Of a DNA stretch of 32,000 bases, positions 1-7,548 are shown in pieces. A model generated the notes under the pieces. The model was given only the letters and a program-made list of their open reading frames with translations. It was not told where the DNA came from and did not search any database. Each line of letters opens with the position of its first letter. The first letter of the stretch is position 1. The stretch is taken from sequence record JPID01000014.1; one strand, given 5' to 3'. The translations under genes and the position numbers were made by a program.

Positions 1-687
1 GGAAGTCTTCGATCTGCCGCACAAATGGTGAGTTACGAAGTATCTATTGGTTTAATTTTAATTACAGTTCTTTTATGTGCTGGAACCTTAAACCTATCAA
101 CAATTGTACAAGCGCAACAGTATGTATGGTATGTTGTACCTCTATACCCCTTATTACTTTTGTTTTTTATTTCATGTCTTGCGGAAACAAATCGTGCACC
201 CTTTGATCTTCCAGAAGCTGAAGCAGAATTAGTAGCAGGATATAATGTGGAATATTCAAGTATGGGATTTGCTCTTTTTTTCTTAGGAGAATACGCCAAT
301 ATGATGGTGATGAGTAGTCTATGCGTGATTTTTTTTCTTGGAGGTTGGCTTCCACCACTTGATATTGCCCTATTCTATTGGTTCCCACCAAGTTTTTGGT
401 TTGCTCTGAAAGTTGCTGGTGTGTTATTTCTGTATATTTGGGTACGAGCATGTTATCCTCGATATCGATATGATCAACTTATGGGACTTGGTTGGAAAGT
501 ATTTCTTCCATTATCCCTTGCATGGGTTGTATTTGTTGCAGGAGTCCTACTGAGTTTTGACTGGCTTCCAAGCAGTGCAGCCATTTTTATTAAATATATA
601 AACAATATCACCTTCTGGGTGTTGTGTATTTGGTGCAAGGGTTTCCCATGGACTTCCATATTCAAAATATCGAAATTCTTGGGCTAA
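1..687 (+). CDS. nad1: NADH dehydrogenase subunit 1, 3' part (5' end lies outside the window)
   Basis: Frame 1 is open from nt 1 ([20 protein letters not shown]...). Conserved ND1 motifs [26 protein letters not shown] and [10 protein letters not shown]. The family normally ends at ...WLP (nt 568-570), but the ORF continues 38 codons to TAA 685-687. Confidence 0.93.
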   Translation, partial: GSLRSAAQMVSYEVSIGLILITVLLCAGTLNLSTIVQAQQYVWYVVPLYPLLLLFFISCLAETNRAPFDLPEAEAELVAGYNVEYSSMGFALFFLGEYANMMVMSSLCVIFFLGGWLPPLDIALFYWFPPSFWFALKVAGVLFLYIWVRACYPRYRYDQLMGLGWKVFLPLSLAWVVFVAGVLLSFDWLPSSAAIFIKYINNITFWVLCIWCKGFPWTSIFKISKFLG

Positions 688-1188
688 TTCCACAGGTTCT
701 GTGATCACACGTTTTTCGCTGTCACAATAACGTACTTCATGAAAGCCAGTGAGAGGAAAGTCTTTACGAAGTGGGTGTCCTTGAAATCCATAATCGGTAA
801 GAATGCGACGAAGATCTGGATGGCCTTGAAAAAACACACCAAACATATCCCACACTTCACGTTCCCACCACCCCGCACTTTTATATAAACCGGTCATTGA
901 TGGAAGTGGTTGATTTTCGTAGACATCGGTACATACACGAACACGAGATGCATATTCCACACTTAAAAGATGATAGACCACACGAAATCGACGTTGATGT
1001 TGAGGATAATCCACAGCTGTAACATCCACAAGACATTTATATTGAGTTTGACTATGATCACGAAGATAGGACAGACATGGAACAAGATGTTCTGGAGCCA
1101 CGTATAGGGTGAGTTCACCACGACGCCACTGCGTTTCTTGAAGCCATTGAGGAATCTCTTGACGTAATGTTTGTGCAAAAGCGTGCAT
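547..1188 (-). CDS. nad9: NADH dehydrogenase subunit 9
   Basis: ATG at 1188. Conserved Nad9/NuoC motifs [38 protein letters not shown] and [16 protein letters not shown] stop at 547-549. About 31 codons after SPWE (654-643) are non-conserved and antisense to the nad1 tail. Confidence 0.93.
   Translation of the reverse strand: MHAFAQTLRQEIPQWLQETQWRRGELTLYVAPEHLVPCLSYLRDHSQTQYKCLVDVTAVDYPQHQRRFRVVYHLLSVEYASRVRVCTDVYENQPLPSMTGLYKSAGWWEREVWDMFGVFFQGHPDLRRILTDYGFQGHPLRKDFPLTGFHEVRYCDSEKRVITEPVELAQEFRYFEYGSPWETLAPNTQHPEGDIVYIFNKNGCTAWKPVKTQ
585..609 (-). repeat. Copy of the dispersed block-end element (exact 15-nt core ATATTGTTTATATAT at 594-608 plus a TTAATAAA tail)
   Basis: The minus strand reads GATATTGTTTATATATTTAATAAAA. 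The core and AT-rich tail match the copies at 6868-6889, 17714-17735 and 29215-29240. It lies in the nad9 3' tail. Confidence 0.6.
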
Positions 1189-1204
1189 ACAAATAGAGAG
1201 TTTT

Positions 1205-1288
1205 TATATCATACAAGGTTGTCATACAAAGTTGTATATCGTACAAGGTTGTATATCGTACAAGGTTGTATATCGTACAAGGTTGTAT
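1205..1288. repeat. Tandem repeat, 17-bp unit TATATCGTACAAGGTTG, about 5 copies (3 perfect, 2 degenerate)
   Basis: Perfect units at 1235-1251, 1252-1268 and 1269-1285. Degenerate units at 1205-1221 and 1222-1234. The array fills the spacer between the nad9 start and the 3' end of trnA. Confidence 0.95.
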
Positions 1289-1360
1289 GGAAACGACCGG
1301 ATTTGAACCGATGACCTCATGCGTGCAAAGCATGCGTTCTACCAACTAAACTACGCTCCC
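1288..1360 (-). tRNA. trnA: tRNA-Ala(UGC)
   Basis: Hand-folded cloverleaf. Acceptor GGGAGCG/CGTTTCC with the G3:U70 Ala identity pair. Anticodon stem CATGC/GCATG, loop TT-TGC-AC. T-loop GGTTCAAATCC. Confidence 0.93.
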
Positions 1361-1374
1361 AAAACACACACTCT

Positions 1375-1461
1375 CGGAAGAAATGGGATTTGAACCCATG
1401 GTATACATGTGTATACGCTGATTTAGCAAACCAGTGCCTTAAACCACTCAGCCATTCTTCC
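1375..1461 (-). tRNA. trnS: tRNA-Ser(GCU)
   Basis: Acceptor GGAAGAA/TTCTTCC. Anticodon loop TT-GCT-AA. Long variable arm (GTATAC...GTATAC). T arm ATGGG/CCCAT. Confidence 0.92.
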
Positions 1462-1531
1462 ATACACGGTATGTATAGGTACCTAGAGTATCATACACTC
1501 TCGAGAGATACGTATGAGTATGTGACACATG

Positions 1532-1615
1532 TACGGATGGCAGGACTTGAACCCGCAAGGCATAGATGCCCCCAGAACCTAAACCTGGTGTGTCTACCAA
1601 TTCCACCACACCCGC
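1532..1615 (-). tRNA. trnL: tRNA-Leu(UAG)
   Basis: Acceptor GCGGGTG/CATCCGT (G1:U72), discriminator A. Anticodon stem CCAGG/TCTGG, loop TT-TAG-GT. Long variable arm. T-loop GGTTCAAGTCC. Confidence 0.9.
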
Positions 1616-1632
1616 ACATAGTCGATATGTAT

Positions 1633-1705
1633 TGAGCTCGAGTGGACTCGAACCACTAACCTTCTCGTTGTAAGCGAGCTGCTCTGCCAATTGAGCTACG
1701 TGCCC
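1633..1705 (-). tRNA. trnV: tRNA-Val(UAC)
   Basis: Acceptor GGGCACG/CGAGCTC (A5:A68 mismatch). D arm GCTC/GAGC. Anticodon loop CT-TAC-AA. T arm AGTGG/CCACT. Confidence 0.88.
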
Positions 1706-1820
1706 GAAATCCTACGTCTATACTATGATAGATGCACTGTGGATTCTATACATCGGATTCTACAGTACGTGTGGTATCATGTATACGTGAATCATATGTA
1801 TAGACGTTGATGTCGTGAAT

Positions 1821-1907
1821 CGGATGAGAAGGGATTCGAACCCCCGATACGGAATGCCGTATGTCGGTTTTCAAGACCGATACCTTAAACCACTCAGACA
1901 CTCATCC
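1821..1907 (-). tRNA. trnS: tRNA-Ser(UGA)
   Basis: Acceptor GGATGAG/CTCATCC. Anticodon stem TCGGT/ACCGA, loop CT-TGA-AA. Long variable arm. T-loop GGTTCGAATCC. Confidence 0.92.
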
Positions 1908-2013
1908 ACAGAACGTATCGCTATGGTGACATACATATGTCTCGTACCATAGTGTACACTGATATGCCATACACTGGATAGACGCCGTGTATCTATGATA
2001 GAGAACATGGGTT

Positions 2014-2085
2014 TGTCTAGAAGAGGATTTGAACCTCTGACCCAAGGATTTTCAGTCCTTTGCTCTACCACTGAGCTATCTAGAC
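2014..2085 (-). tRNA. trnF: tRNA-Phe(GAA)
   Basis: Acceptor GTCTAGA/TCTAGAC. D arm GCTC/GAGC. Anticodon stem AAGGA/TCCTT, loop CT-GAA-AA. T arm AGAGG/CCTCT. Confidence 0.93.
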
Positions 2086-2096
2086 ACCATGAAACA

Positions 2097-2168
2097 CTGG
2101 GGTGAAAGGATTCGAACCTTTGCCTGTCGGATCCAAATTCCGATGCCTTACCACTTGGCTACACCCCA
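2097..2168 (-). tRNA. trnQ: tRNA-Gln(UUG)
   Basis: Acceptor TGGGGTG/CACCCCA (U1:A72 with G73, as in bacterial tRNA-Gln). Anticodon stem TCGGA/TCCGA, loop AT-TTG-GA. T arm AAAGG/CCTTT. Confidence 0.92.
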
Positions 2169-2178
2169 TGCCTACACA

Positions 2179-2928
2179 TTAGTGAAGGTTAATAGCATCA
2201 TTGAGATAAATACATAAAAGAATGGTAAACACATATGCTTGAAGACATGCCACACCAATTTCTAAACCAGTTAAAGCTAGAACAACGCCAAAGGGTACGA
2301 CACTTGCAACAGCTAGAATACCACCAACGCTCAACATGGTCCATGCAAATCCACTGAGAATTTTCACCAGTGTATGTCCAGCCATCATATTGGCAAACAG
2401 TCGAACACCAAGACTTACAGCACGAAAACTATAACTCACCAGTTCTAATACCACAAGAAGTGGAGCCAGGGCTAAAGGGGCTCCCTTTGGAAGAAGAAAG
2501 CTTAAAAAGTGGAGTCCATGGGTTTGAAATCCAATCAATGTGACACCCACAAATAAACTTAGAGATAAACCAAAGGTCACAACCATATGACTGGTTGCTG
2601 TAAAACTATAGGGAATCATACCAATTAAATTCGTACTGAGTAAAAATAAAAACGTTGTAAAAATCAGTGGAAAATATCGACGTCCCACAGTACCAATTTG
2701 TTCGGATACAAGACCTACAACAAATTCATAGATCATTTCCACAAGACTCTGCCAACGACCTGGTACCACAAAACCTCCTTGACGTGTTACAGCATAGAGC
2801 AGTGTGGACACCAGAGCTGTTGCCAATAACATATACAAACTACTGTTGGTAAAGTTAAGATAGTAATGTCCCAGGTGAAGTGGAATAAAACTGACAATGG
2901 TAAATTGTTCAAGTGGTGTTGAAATCAT
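2179..2928 (-). CDS. atp6: ATP synthase F0 subunit a
   Basis: Conserved MISTPLEQF start motif at ATG 2928. The track ORF start at 2994 is a TTG, 22 codons upstream. Conserved SLGVRLFANMMAGH and LQAYVFTILLCIYLNDA. TAA stop at 2179-2181. Confidence 0.94.
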   Translation of the reverse strand: MISTPLEQFTIVSFIPLHLGHYYLNFTNSSLYMLLATALVSTLLYAVTRQGGFVVPGRWQSLVEMIYEFVVGLVSEQIGTVGRRYFPLIFTTFLFLLSTNLIGMIPYSFTATSHMVVTFGLSLSLFVGVTLIGFQTHGLHFLSFLLPKGAPLALAPLLVVLELVSYSFRAVSLGVRLFANMMAGHTLVKILSGFAWTMLSVGGILAVASVVPFGVVLALTGLEIGVACLQAYVFTILLCIYLNDAINLH

Positions 2929-3214
2929 ATGGACTATACGATGTTTTTTGATTTGATGCTCGAGTATGGCCAGTATCGTATGACCATAGATCAAACCGTG
3001 ACAAATGGCTGAAATACGTCTCTCTATTCATGTCTATCATATAGAGAAACACAGGACATTCTCACCCAGAAATGCTCCATATTTCTCGCCTCTCTTGTCT
3101 ATTGTATGGTGGTGGTGTATCCACAAGAATCCACCCAAAACACATAGAGATCAATCCCGCTGTGTCAACTCATGTGTATCACGCATTGGACATATGAGTA
3201 TATTGCAGGGTATA

Positions 3215-3286
3215 TCTCCAGTAGCTCAGTGGCAGAGCATGTGGCTGTTAACCATATGGTCGCTGGTTCAAATCCAGCCTGGGGAG
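3215..3286 (+). tRNA. trnN: tRNA-Asn(GUU)
   Basis: Acceptor TCTCCAG/CTGGGGA. D arm GCTC/GAGC. Anticodon loop CT-GTT-AA. T arm GCTGG/CCAGC. Confidence 0.92.
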
Positions 3287-3329
3287 ACCCTTGAGAAAAC
3301 ATATCAATCTCTTTATGAAGCGCGTATCT

Positions 3330-4490
3330 ATGATGAAACAACCGCTTTTATCCATTGTCAACGATCATGTATCAGATTATCCATCTCCAAGTAATTTAAA
3401 TTATTTTTGGAGCTTTGGAAGCATTGCTGGTATTTGTCTTGTGGTACAAATTGCTACAGGTATTTTTCTTGCCATGCACTATACACCCCACGTGGATCTT
3501 GCTTTTGCAAGTGTAGAACACATTATGCGTGATGTGGAAGGCGGATGGTTTTTACGCTATATGCATGCCAATGGCGCCAGTATGTTTTTTATTGTGGTCT
3601 ATTTACATATGTTTCGTGGTCTCTACTATGGAAGCTATGCTCAACCACGTGAATTATTATGGTGTATTGGTGTTGTTATTTTATTACTCATGATTATTAC
3701 CGCCTTTATTGGATATGTACTTCCATGGGGGCAAATGAGTTTTTGGGGAGCCACAGTGATTACCAGTCTTGCAAGTGCGATTCCTGTGGTTGGTGATAGT
3801 ATTGTGACATGGTTATGGGGTGGATTTTCCATTGATAATGCTACATTAAATCGATTTTTTAGTCTTCACTATTTATTACCCTTTATTATTGCTGGAGCGA
3901 GTGTGGTCCATCTTGCAGCACTTCATCAATATGGATCAAATAATCCACTTGGTACAAATAGTGCTGTGGATAAACTCAGTCTGTATCCCTATTTTTATGT
4001 CAAAGATCTTGTAGCATGGGTGGTGTTTGCCATGGTGTTTTCTATCTTTGTGTATTTTTACCCAAATACATTAGGACATCCAGATAATTATATTCCAGCC
4101 AATCCTATGTCAACACCGGCTCATATTGTACCAGAATGGTATTTTTTATGGGTCTATGCTATTTTACGTAGTATTCCCAATAAATTAGGTGGTGTTGCAG
4201 CCATTGCTCTGGTGTTTATTTCACTCCTTCTTTTACCATTTATGAATACCTCACCAATTCGTAGCAGCAACTTTCGTCCACTCTATAAACGTCTCTACTG
4301 GCTTTTAGTGGCTGATGTTGTGATGCTCAGTTGGCTGGGACAACAACCAGTAGAAGATCCCTATATTACCCTAGGACAACTGGGAAGTGTCTATTTCTTT
4401 ATCTATTTTTTAGTATGTATTCCACTTTTAGGCCGTGTAGAACATGCACTACTGACCTATAAGACATCAAACACAACCATGTCGTATTAA
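3330..4490 (+). CDS. cob: Apocytochrome b
   Basis: Full-length cytochrome b ([31 protein letters not shown]..., [31 protein letters not shown]). The track ORF start at 3291 is a TTG abutting trnN. ATG candidates are 3315, 3330 and 3333; 3330 gives the usual N-terminal length. Confidence 0.95.
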   Translation: MMKQPLLSIVNDHVSDYPSPSNLNYFWSFGSIAGICLVVQIATGIFLAMHYTPHVDLAFASVEHIMRDVEGGWFLRYMHANGASMFFIVVYLHMFRGLYYGSYAQPRELLWCIGVVILLLMIITAFIGYVLPWGQMSFWGATVITSLASAIPVVGDSIVTWLWGGFSIDNATLNRFFSLHYLLPFIIAGASVVHLAALHQYGSNNPLGTNSAVDKLSLYPYFYVKDLVAWVVFAMVFSIFVYFYPNTLGHPDNYIPANPMSTPAHIVPEWYFLWVYAILRSIPNKLGGVAAIALVFISLLLLPFMNTSPIRSSNFRPLYKRLYWLLVADVVMLSWLGQQPVEDPYITLGQLGSVYFFIYFLVCIPLLGRVEHALLTYKTSNTTMSY

Positions 4491-4572
4491 AGAGACATGG
4501 TCTATGTACAAAGAGTACATTGATACATATGTCAATGACATCTATTGTATCCATGTATGTCTATGTGCACAT

Positions 4573-4599
4573 GTATTCTTATTCTTGTTGTAAGAATAC
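4573..4599. other. Perfect hairpin (9-bp stem GTATTCTTA/TAAGAATAC, 9-nt loop) between cob and trnD
   Basis: The inverted repeat was read directly. It ends 4 nt upstream of trnD. Confidence 0.7.
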
Positions 4600-4603
4600 A
4601 TCA

Positions 4604-4677
4604 GAGGACATAGCTTAGTTGGTCAGAGTATTGGCCTGTCACGCCAAAGGTCGCGGGTTCGAGCCCCGTTGTCCTCG
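4604..4677 (+). tRNA. trnD: tRNA-Asp(GUC)
   Basis: Acceptor GAGGACA/TGTCCTC. Anticodon stem TTGGC/GCCAA, loop CT-GTC-AC. T-loop GGTTCGAGCCC. Confidence 0.93.
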
Positions 4678-4697
4678 ATGAAATACAAAATATATAT

Positions 4698-5051
4698 ATG
4701 CAAGAATTTCTAGGTATTTTTCTGTATTTTGCCATTGCCACAGCATTGGCAAGTGTGTTAGCAGGTGTATCCTATATCTTTAGTACACAACGGCCTGATG
4801 CGGAAAAAATTTCCGCATACGAATGTGGGTTTGATCCCTTTGATGATTCACGTGGTCAATTTGATGTTCAATTTTATCTTGTGGCCATTTTATTTATTAT
4901 TTTTGATCTTGAAGTGACATTTCTTTTTCCATGGACAGTGGTTCTTGGAGAAATTGGTGGCGTTGGTTTTACATCCATGATGGTATTCCTTGGTGTGCTC
5001 ACAGTGGGCTTTGTGTATGAATGGCGTAAAGGAGCACTTGATTGGTCCTAA
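4698..5051 (+). CDS. nad3: NADH dehydrogenase subunit 3
   Basis: ATG at 4698. Conserved ND3 motifs EKISAYECGFDPF, FDVQFYLVAILFIIFDLEV and EWRKGALDW. TAA stop. Confidence 0.95.
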   Translation: MQEFLGIFLYFAIATALASVLAGVSYIFSTQRPDAEKISAYECGFDPFDDSRGQFDVQFYLVAILFIIFDLEVTFLFPWTVVLGEIGGVGFTSMMVFLGVLTVGFVYEWRKGALDWS

Positions 5052-5118
5052 AGAGTGCTCTAGAAACATGCCTGATTGTGTATCTATGTCGACACCATGT
5101 CACGAGAGACACGAGTAT

Positions 5119-5191
5119 GGGTATGTAGCTCAGTTGGTAGAGCACCGGGCTTTTAACCTGATGGTCGTGGGTTCAAGTCCCCCCATACCCA
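5119..5191 (+). tRNA. trnK: tRNA-Lys(UUU)
   Basis: Acceptor GGGTATG/CATACCC. D arm GCTC/GAGC. Anticodon loop CT-TTT-AA. T stem GTGGG/CCCCC has one U:C mismatch. Confidence 0.88.
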
Positions 5192-5197
5192 CAGGCT

Positions 5198-5271
5198 GGC
5201 GGAGAAGAGAAAATGGTTGTCTCGTCAGGCTCATAATCTGAAGATTGTAGGTTCGAGTCCTACCTCCGCTC
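5198..5271 (+). tRNA. trnM: tRNA-Met(CAU), initiator-like (fMet type)
   Basis: Acceptor GGCGGAG/CTCCGCT (weak G1:U72 end pair). D arm GAGA/TCTC. Anticodon stem TCAGG/TCTGA, loop CT-CAT-AA. The arm sequences resemble plant-type mitochondrial trnfM as I recall it. Confidence 0.8.
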
Positions 5272-5402
5272 CAACACCTCTCTTTGAGATGATATATATA
5301 TTTCGTGATACTCTCTCTAGTATGCATACAACACATGATACGTGCTCTAGCATATGTATATCGACAAGAGAGTGTCTGCTGGATTTTTAAAAACACCTTT
5401 TT

Positions 5403-6083
5403 ATGACACATTGGACATGGTTACCAAGTAGTGTATGGCAACACTCGCGACAAGGTATTGCTCGACATCGTGGATGGCATCCCAGCACAACATCCCTCGT
5501 ATACGGTGAACGGGACGGTATGGTGGTATCTACATCACCTCAATATCGTCGTGGTGTTCTACGTGCAGCTCGTGTGCTGTATGATATTATTCAACAAGGT
5601 GGTCACGTCTGGGTTGTGAATACATCACCTCAGTGTGCTTTTGTGGTTCAAGGACTCTCTCACATGCATCGTGAGTCTGTTAGTTATAGTAGTCATGCAT
5701 GGACCCCTGGTACCCTGACAAACTGGTCTAGTGTGTCTCGTTCGGTATTATCCTATGGTATGTTTGAACATCGTTGTTCCACACGAGTATCTCAAGATCT
5801 TCTTGAATTTCCTCGATACCGTCGTGTTCGTCGTCATTTTCAAGGTCTTATTTCATCACAGGGTGTTCCATCACCTCGACCAGATATTCTTATTCTTTTG
5901 AATCCAGGGGATACACCCTATATTGTGGATGAGGCAGCACGCATGCATATTCCCGTGATTGGTTTTGTTGAATCAGATACACCATGTACACATATTCACT
6001 ATCCAATTCCTGTATCTATGGGACATGTATCTCAAATCTATCACACTCTTGTGCTATTACTTGGTATGTGTTCGCGGAAATAG
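5403..6083 (+). CDS. rps2: Ribosomal protein S2 (divergent)
   Basis: S2 pattern: GGHVWVVNTSPQ, WTPGTLTNW and PDILILLNPGDTPYIVDEAARMHIPVIGFVESDT. ATG at 5403. The TAG stop at 6081-6083 lies inside trnG(GCC). Confidence 0.8.
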   Translation: MTHWTWLPSSVWQHSRQGIARHRGWHPSTTSLVYGERDGMVVSTSPQYRRGVLRAARVLYDIIQQGGHVWVVNTSPQCAFVVQGLSHMHRESVSYSSHAWTPGTLTNWSSVSRSVLSYGMFEHRCSTRVSQDLLEFPRYRRVRRHFQGLISSQGVPSPRPDILILLNPGDTPYIVDEAARMHIPVIGFVESDTPCTHIHYPIPVSMGHVSQIYHTLVLLLGMCSRK

Positions 6084-6145
6084 CTCAGTGGTAGAGCGCT
6101 GCCTTGCCAAGGCCGAGGTCGAGGGTTCAAATCCCTTTTTCCGCT
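6074..6145 (+). tRNA. trnG: tRNA-Gly(GCC)
   Basis: Acceptor GCGGAAA/TTTCCGC. D arm GCTC/GAGC. Anticodon loop TT-GCC-AA (one U:C mismatch in the anticodon stem). T arm GAGGG/CCCTT. Confidence 0.88.
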
Positions 6146-6192
6146 GATATCGTCTATCTATGTATCTCTTGTTCAAAAACACAACGTGTTGT

Positions 6193-6504
6193 ATGTCTCG
6201 TACTCGTTCCGCTTGTATGAATCGTGATCTTGCTCGTCGACGCTTGTATAAAGAGTATGAAATTCGCCGACGTGCTCTTATGGTGTTGTATCACGATCAA
6301 CATCTCAACCCACACCAACGAAGTTGCGTGATGCAAGCTCTTCATGATATAGCACGAAGTACATCACTCACACGTACTCATCGTCGATGCATTGTCTCTG
6401 GTCGAAGTCGTGGTGTGGTACGTCGATATCGTGTCTCTCGACTTGTATTTCGACGTCTTGCTGCTCAAGGACGTCTTCCAGGTGTGTATAAAGCTAGTTG
6501 GTAA
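6193..6504 (+). CDS. rps14: Ribosomal protein S14
   Basis: S14 C-terminal signature RCIVSGRSRGVVRRYRVSRLVFRRLAAQGRLPGVYKASW. ATG at 6193 gives the usual length of about 103 aa. An upstream in-frame ATG lies at 6160. Confidence 0.9.
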   Translation: MSRTRSACMNRDLARRRLYKEYEIRRRALMVLYHDQHLNPHQRSCVMQALHDIARSTSLTRTHRRCIVSGRSRGVVRRYRVSRLVFRRLAAQGRLPGVYKASW

Positions 6505-6516
6505 TTCTATGTCTAG

Positions 6517-6590
6517 GGTGAATATAACTTAGTCGGTCAAAGTGTCAGACTGTGACTCTGAAAACACGGGTTCAAATCCCGTTATTCGCC
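6517..6590 (+). tRNA. trnH: tRNA-His(GUG)
   Basis: Encoded G-1 paired with C73. Acceptor GTGAATA/TATTCGC. D stem ACTT/AAGT. Anticodon stem TCAGA/TCTGA, loop CT-GTG-AC. T arm ACGGG/CCCGT. Confidence 0.9.
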
Positions 6591-6666
6591 CATGGGTATC
6601 GACAGTATCAACACATCATGATGAAACACGATGTTTTTGCCATAGTTGATCTCTTGACTCTGGTAT

Positions 6667-6737
6667 GCGGGTATGGATTAATGGTAAATTGTCTGCCTTC
6701 CAAGCAGCTGATATGGGTTCGATTCCCATTACCCGCT
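6667..6737 (+). tRNA. trnG: tRNA-Gly(UCC)
   Basis: Acceptor GCGGGTA/TACCCGC. D stem GATT/AATT. Anticodon loop CT-TCC-AA. T arm ATGGG/CCCAT. Confidence 0.9.
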
Positions 6738-6794
6738 TGTATAGCTGTGATACCACACACATGCTATACGTCAAGCGTTGATCTATATCATAAG

Positions 6795-6868
6795 CAGGGT
6801 GTAGCGCAGTTTGGTAGCGCGCCTGTTTTGGGAACAGGAGGTCGTAGGTTCAAATCCTGCCACCCTGA
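6795..6868 (+). tRNA. trnP: tRNA-Pro(UGG)
   Basis: Acceptor CAGGGTG/CACCCTG. Anticodon stem CCTGT/ACAGG, loop TT-TGG-GA. T-loop GGTTCAAATCC. Confidence 0.93.
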
Positions 6869-6889
6869 GAGATTATATTGTTTATATAT
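6868..6889 (+). repeat. Dispersed block-end element, exact 22-mer AGAGATTATATTGTTTATATAT (candidate 3'-end or termination signal)
   Basis: Identical to 17714-17735. It starts at the discriminator base of trnP, the last gene of a plus-strand block, in the convergent spacer facing rps11. Confidence 0.9.
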
Positions 6890-6935
6890 TAATAAAGCGT
6901 GTGTAATATATCTACTGTACACAATGTTCTGTGGA

Positions 6936-7313
6936 TTATGTTCGTCGACGTCGAGGAACTCGGCATCCATTATGGGCAATTGGTGTTGTATCGTGAATAC
7001 GAAGAATCTCCATACCCGATTGTGCAAGAGCACGAACACAGCTATCTTTTCCATAGCCAAGACCTTTGACACGAACATACACACGACGAATACCCATACC
7101 AAGGGCAATTGTTGCCATATATTCACCCACTGCTTGAGCACCATATGTGGTGGATTTTCGACTATGACGAAACCCCAAGCTACCTGCACTTGTCCATGCG
7201 AGTGTATGACCAGAGGTATCAGCAAGTGTCACTATAGTATTATTACTTGTTGATTGAATAGTCATAATACCAGGTGCTCGAGCTGGCCGCGCAAATTTGT
7301 CTGATTGGTACAT
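6936..7313 (-). CDS. rps11: Ribosomal protein S11
   Basis: S11 pattern IMTIQSTSNNTIVTLADTSGHTLAWTSAGSLGFRHSRKST..., VRVKGLGYGKDS and IHDTTPIAHNGCRVPRRRR. ATG at 7313. The track ORF start at 7364 is a GTG. Confidence 0.9.
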   Translation of the reverse strand: MYQSDKFARPARAPGIMTIQSTSNNTIVTLADTSGHTLAWTSAGSLGFRHSRKSTTYGAQAVGEYMATIALGMGIRRVYVRVKGLGYGKDSCVRALAQSGMEILRIHDTTPIAHNGCRVPRRRRT

Positions 7314-7467
7314 AAATAGTATGTATATTTTTATAGCTTTGATATAGATGTGTGTAGTATACACAGAATATACATATCAAGTATATATACGATGTAAACA
7401 TGTGTTGAATCGTCCATAGACTACAAGAACAGTATAGAACACTCTAGCGTGTTCCATACTTATGTAC

Positions 7468-7548
7468 GTGACGTTGCTGTAACACGTGGACTATGTCACG
7501 TTGTTGTAACACGTGGACTATGTCACGTTGTTGTAACACGTGGACTAC
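7468..7548. repeat. Tandem repeat, 27-bp unit x3 (GTCACGTTGTTGTAACACGTGGACTAT)
   Basis: Units at 7468-7494, 7495-7521 and 7522-7548. The third unit encodes the last 8 codons plus the TGA stop of rps13 (minus strand). Confidence 0.95.

Noticed and set aside
1115-2071. ORFs with GSNP/GSSP-type peptides (1115-1345, 1390-1635, 1448-1690, 1871-2071, 3005-3394, 4990-5241, 5130-5411, 5959-6147, 6552-7253, 9027-9305, 9650-9862, 24497-24726, 25851-26132)
   Set aside because: Each spans one or more tRNA genes. The GSNP/GSSP peptides are simply the translated GGTTCGAATCC-type T-loops.
2929-2994. Long N-terminal extensions of track ORFs (atp6 2994, cob 3291, rps11 7364, rps13 7891, rps3 15417, nad5 24663, atp4 25411, cox2 26170, cox3 27091, nad7 27974)
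   Set aside because: I checked the DNA. These starts are TTG or GTG codons that the track translates as M. Several would overlap tRNA genes (trnR, trnI), and the extensions are non-conserved. Downstream ATGs coincide with the conserved N-termini.
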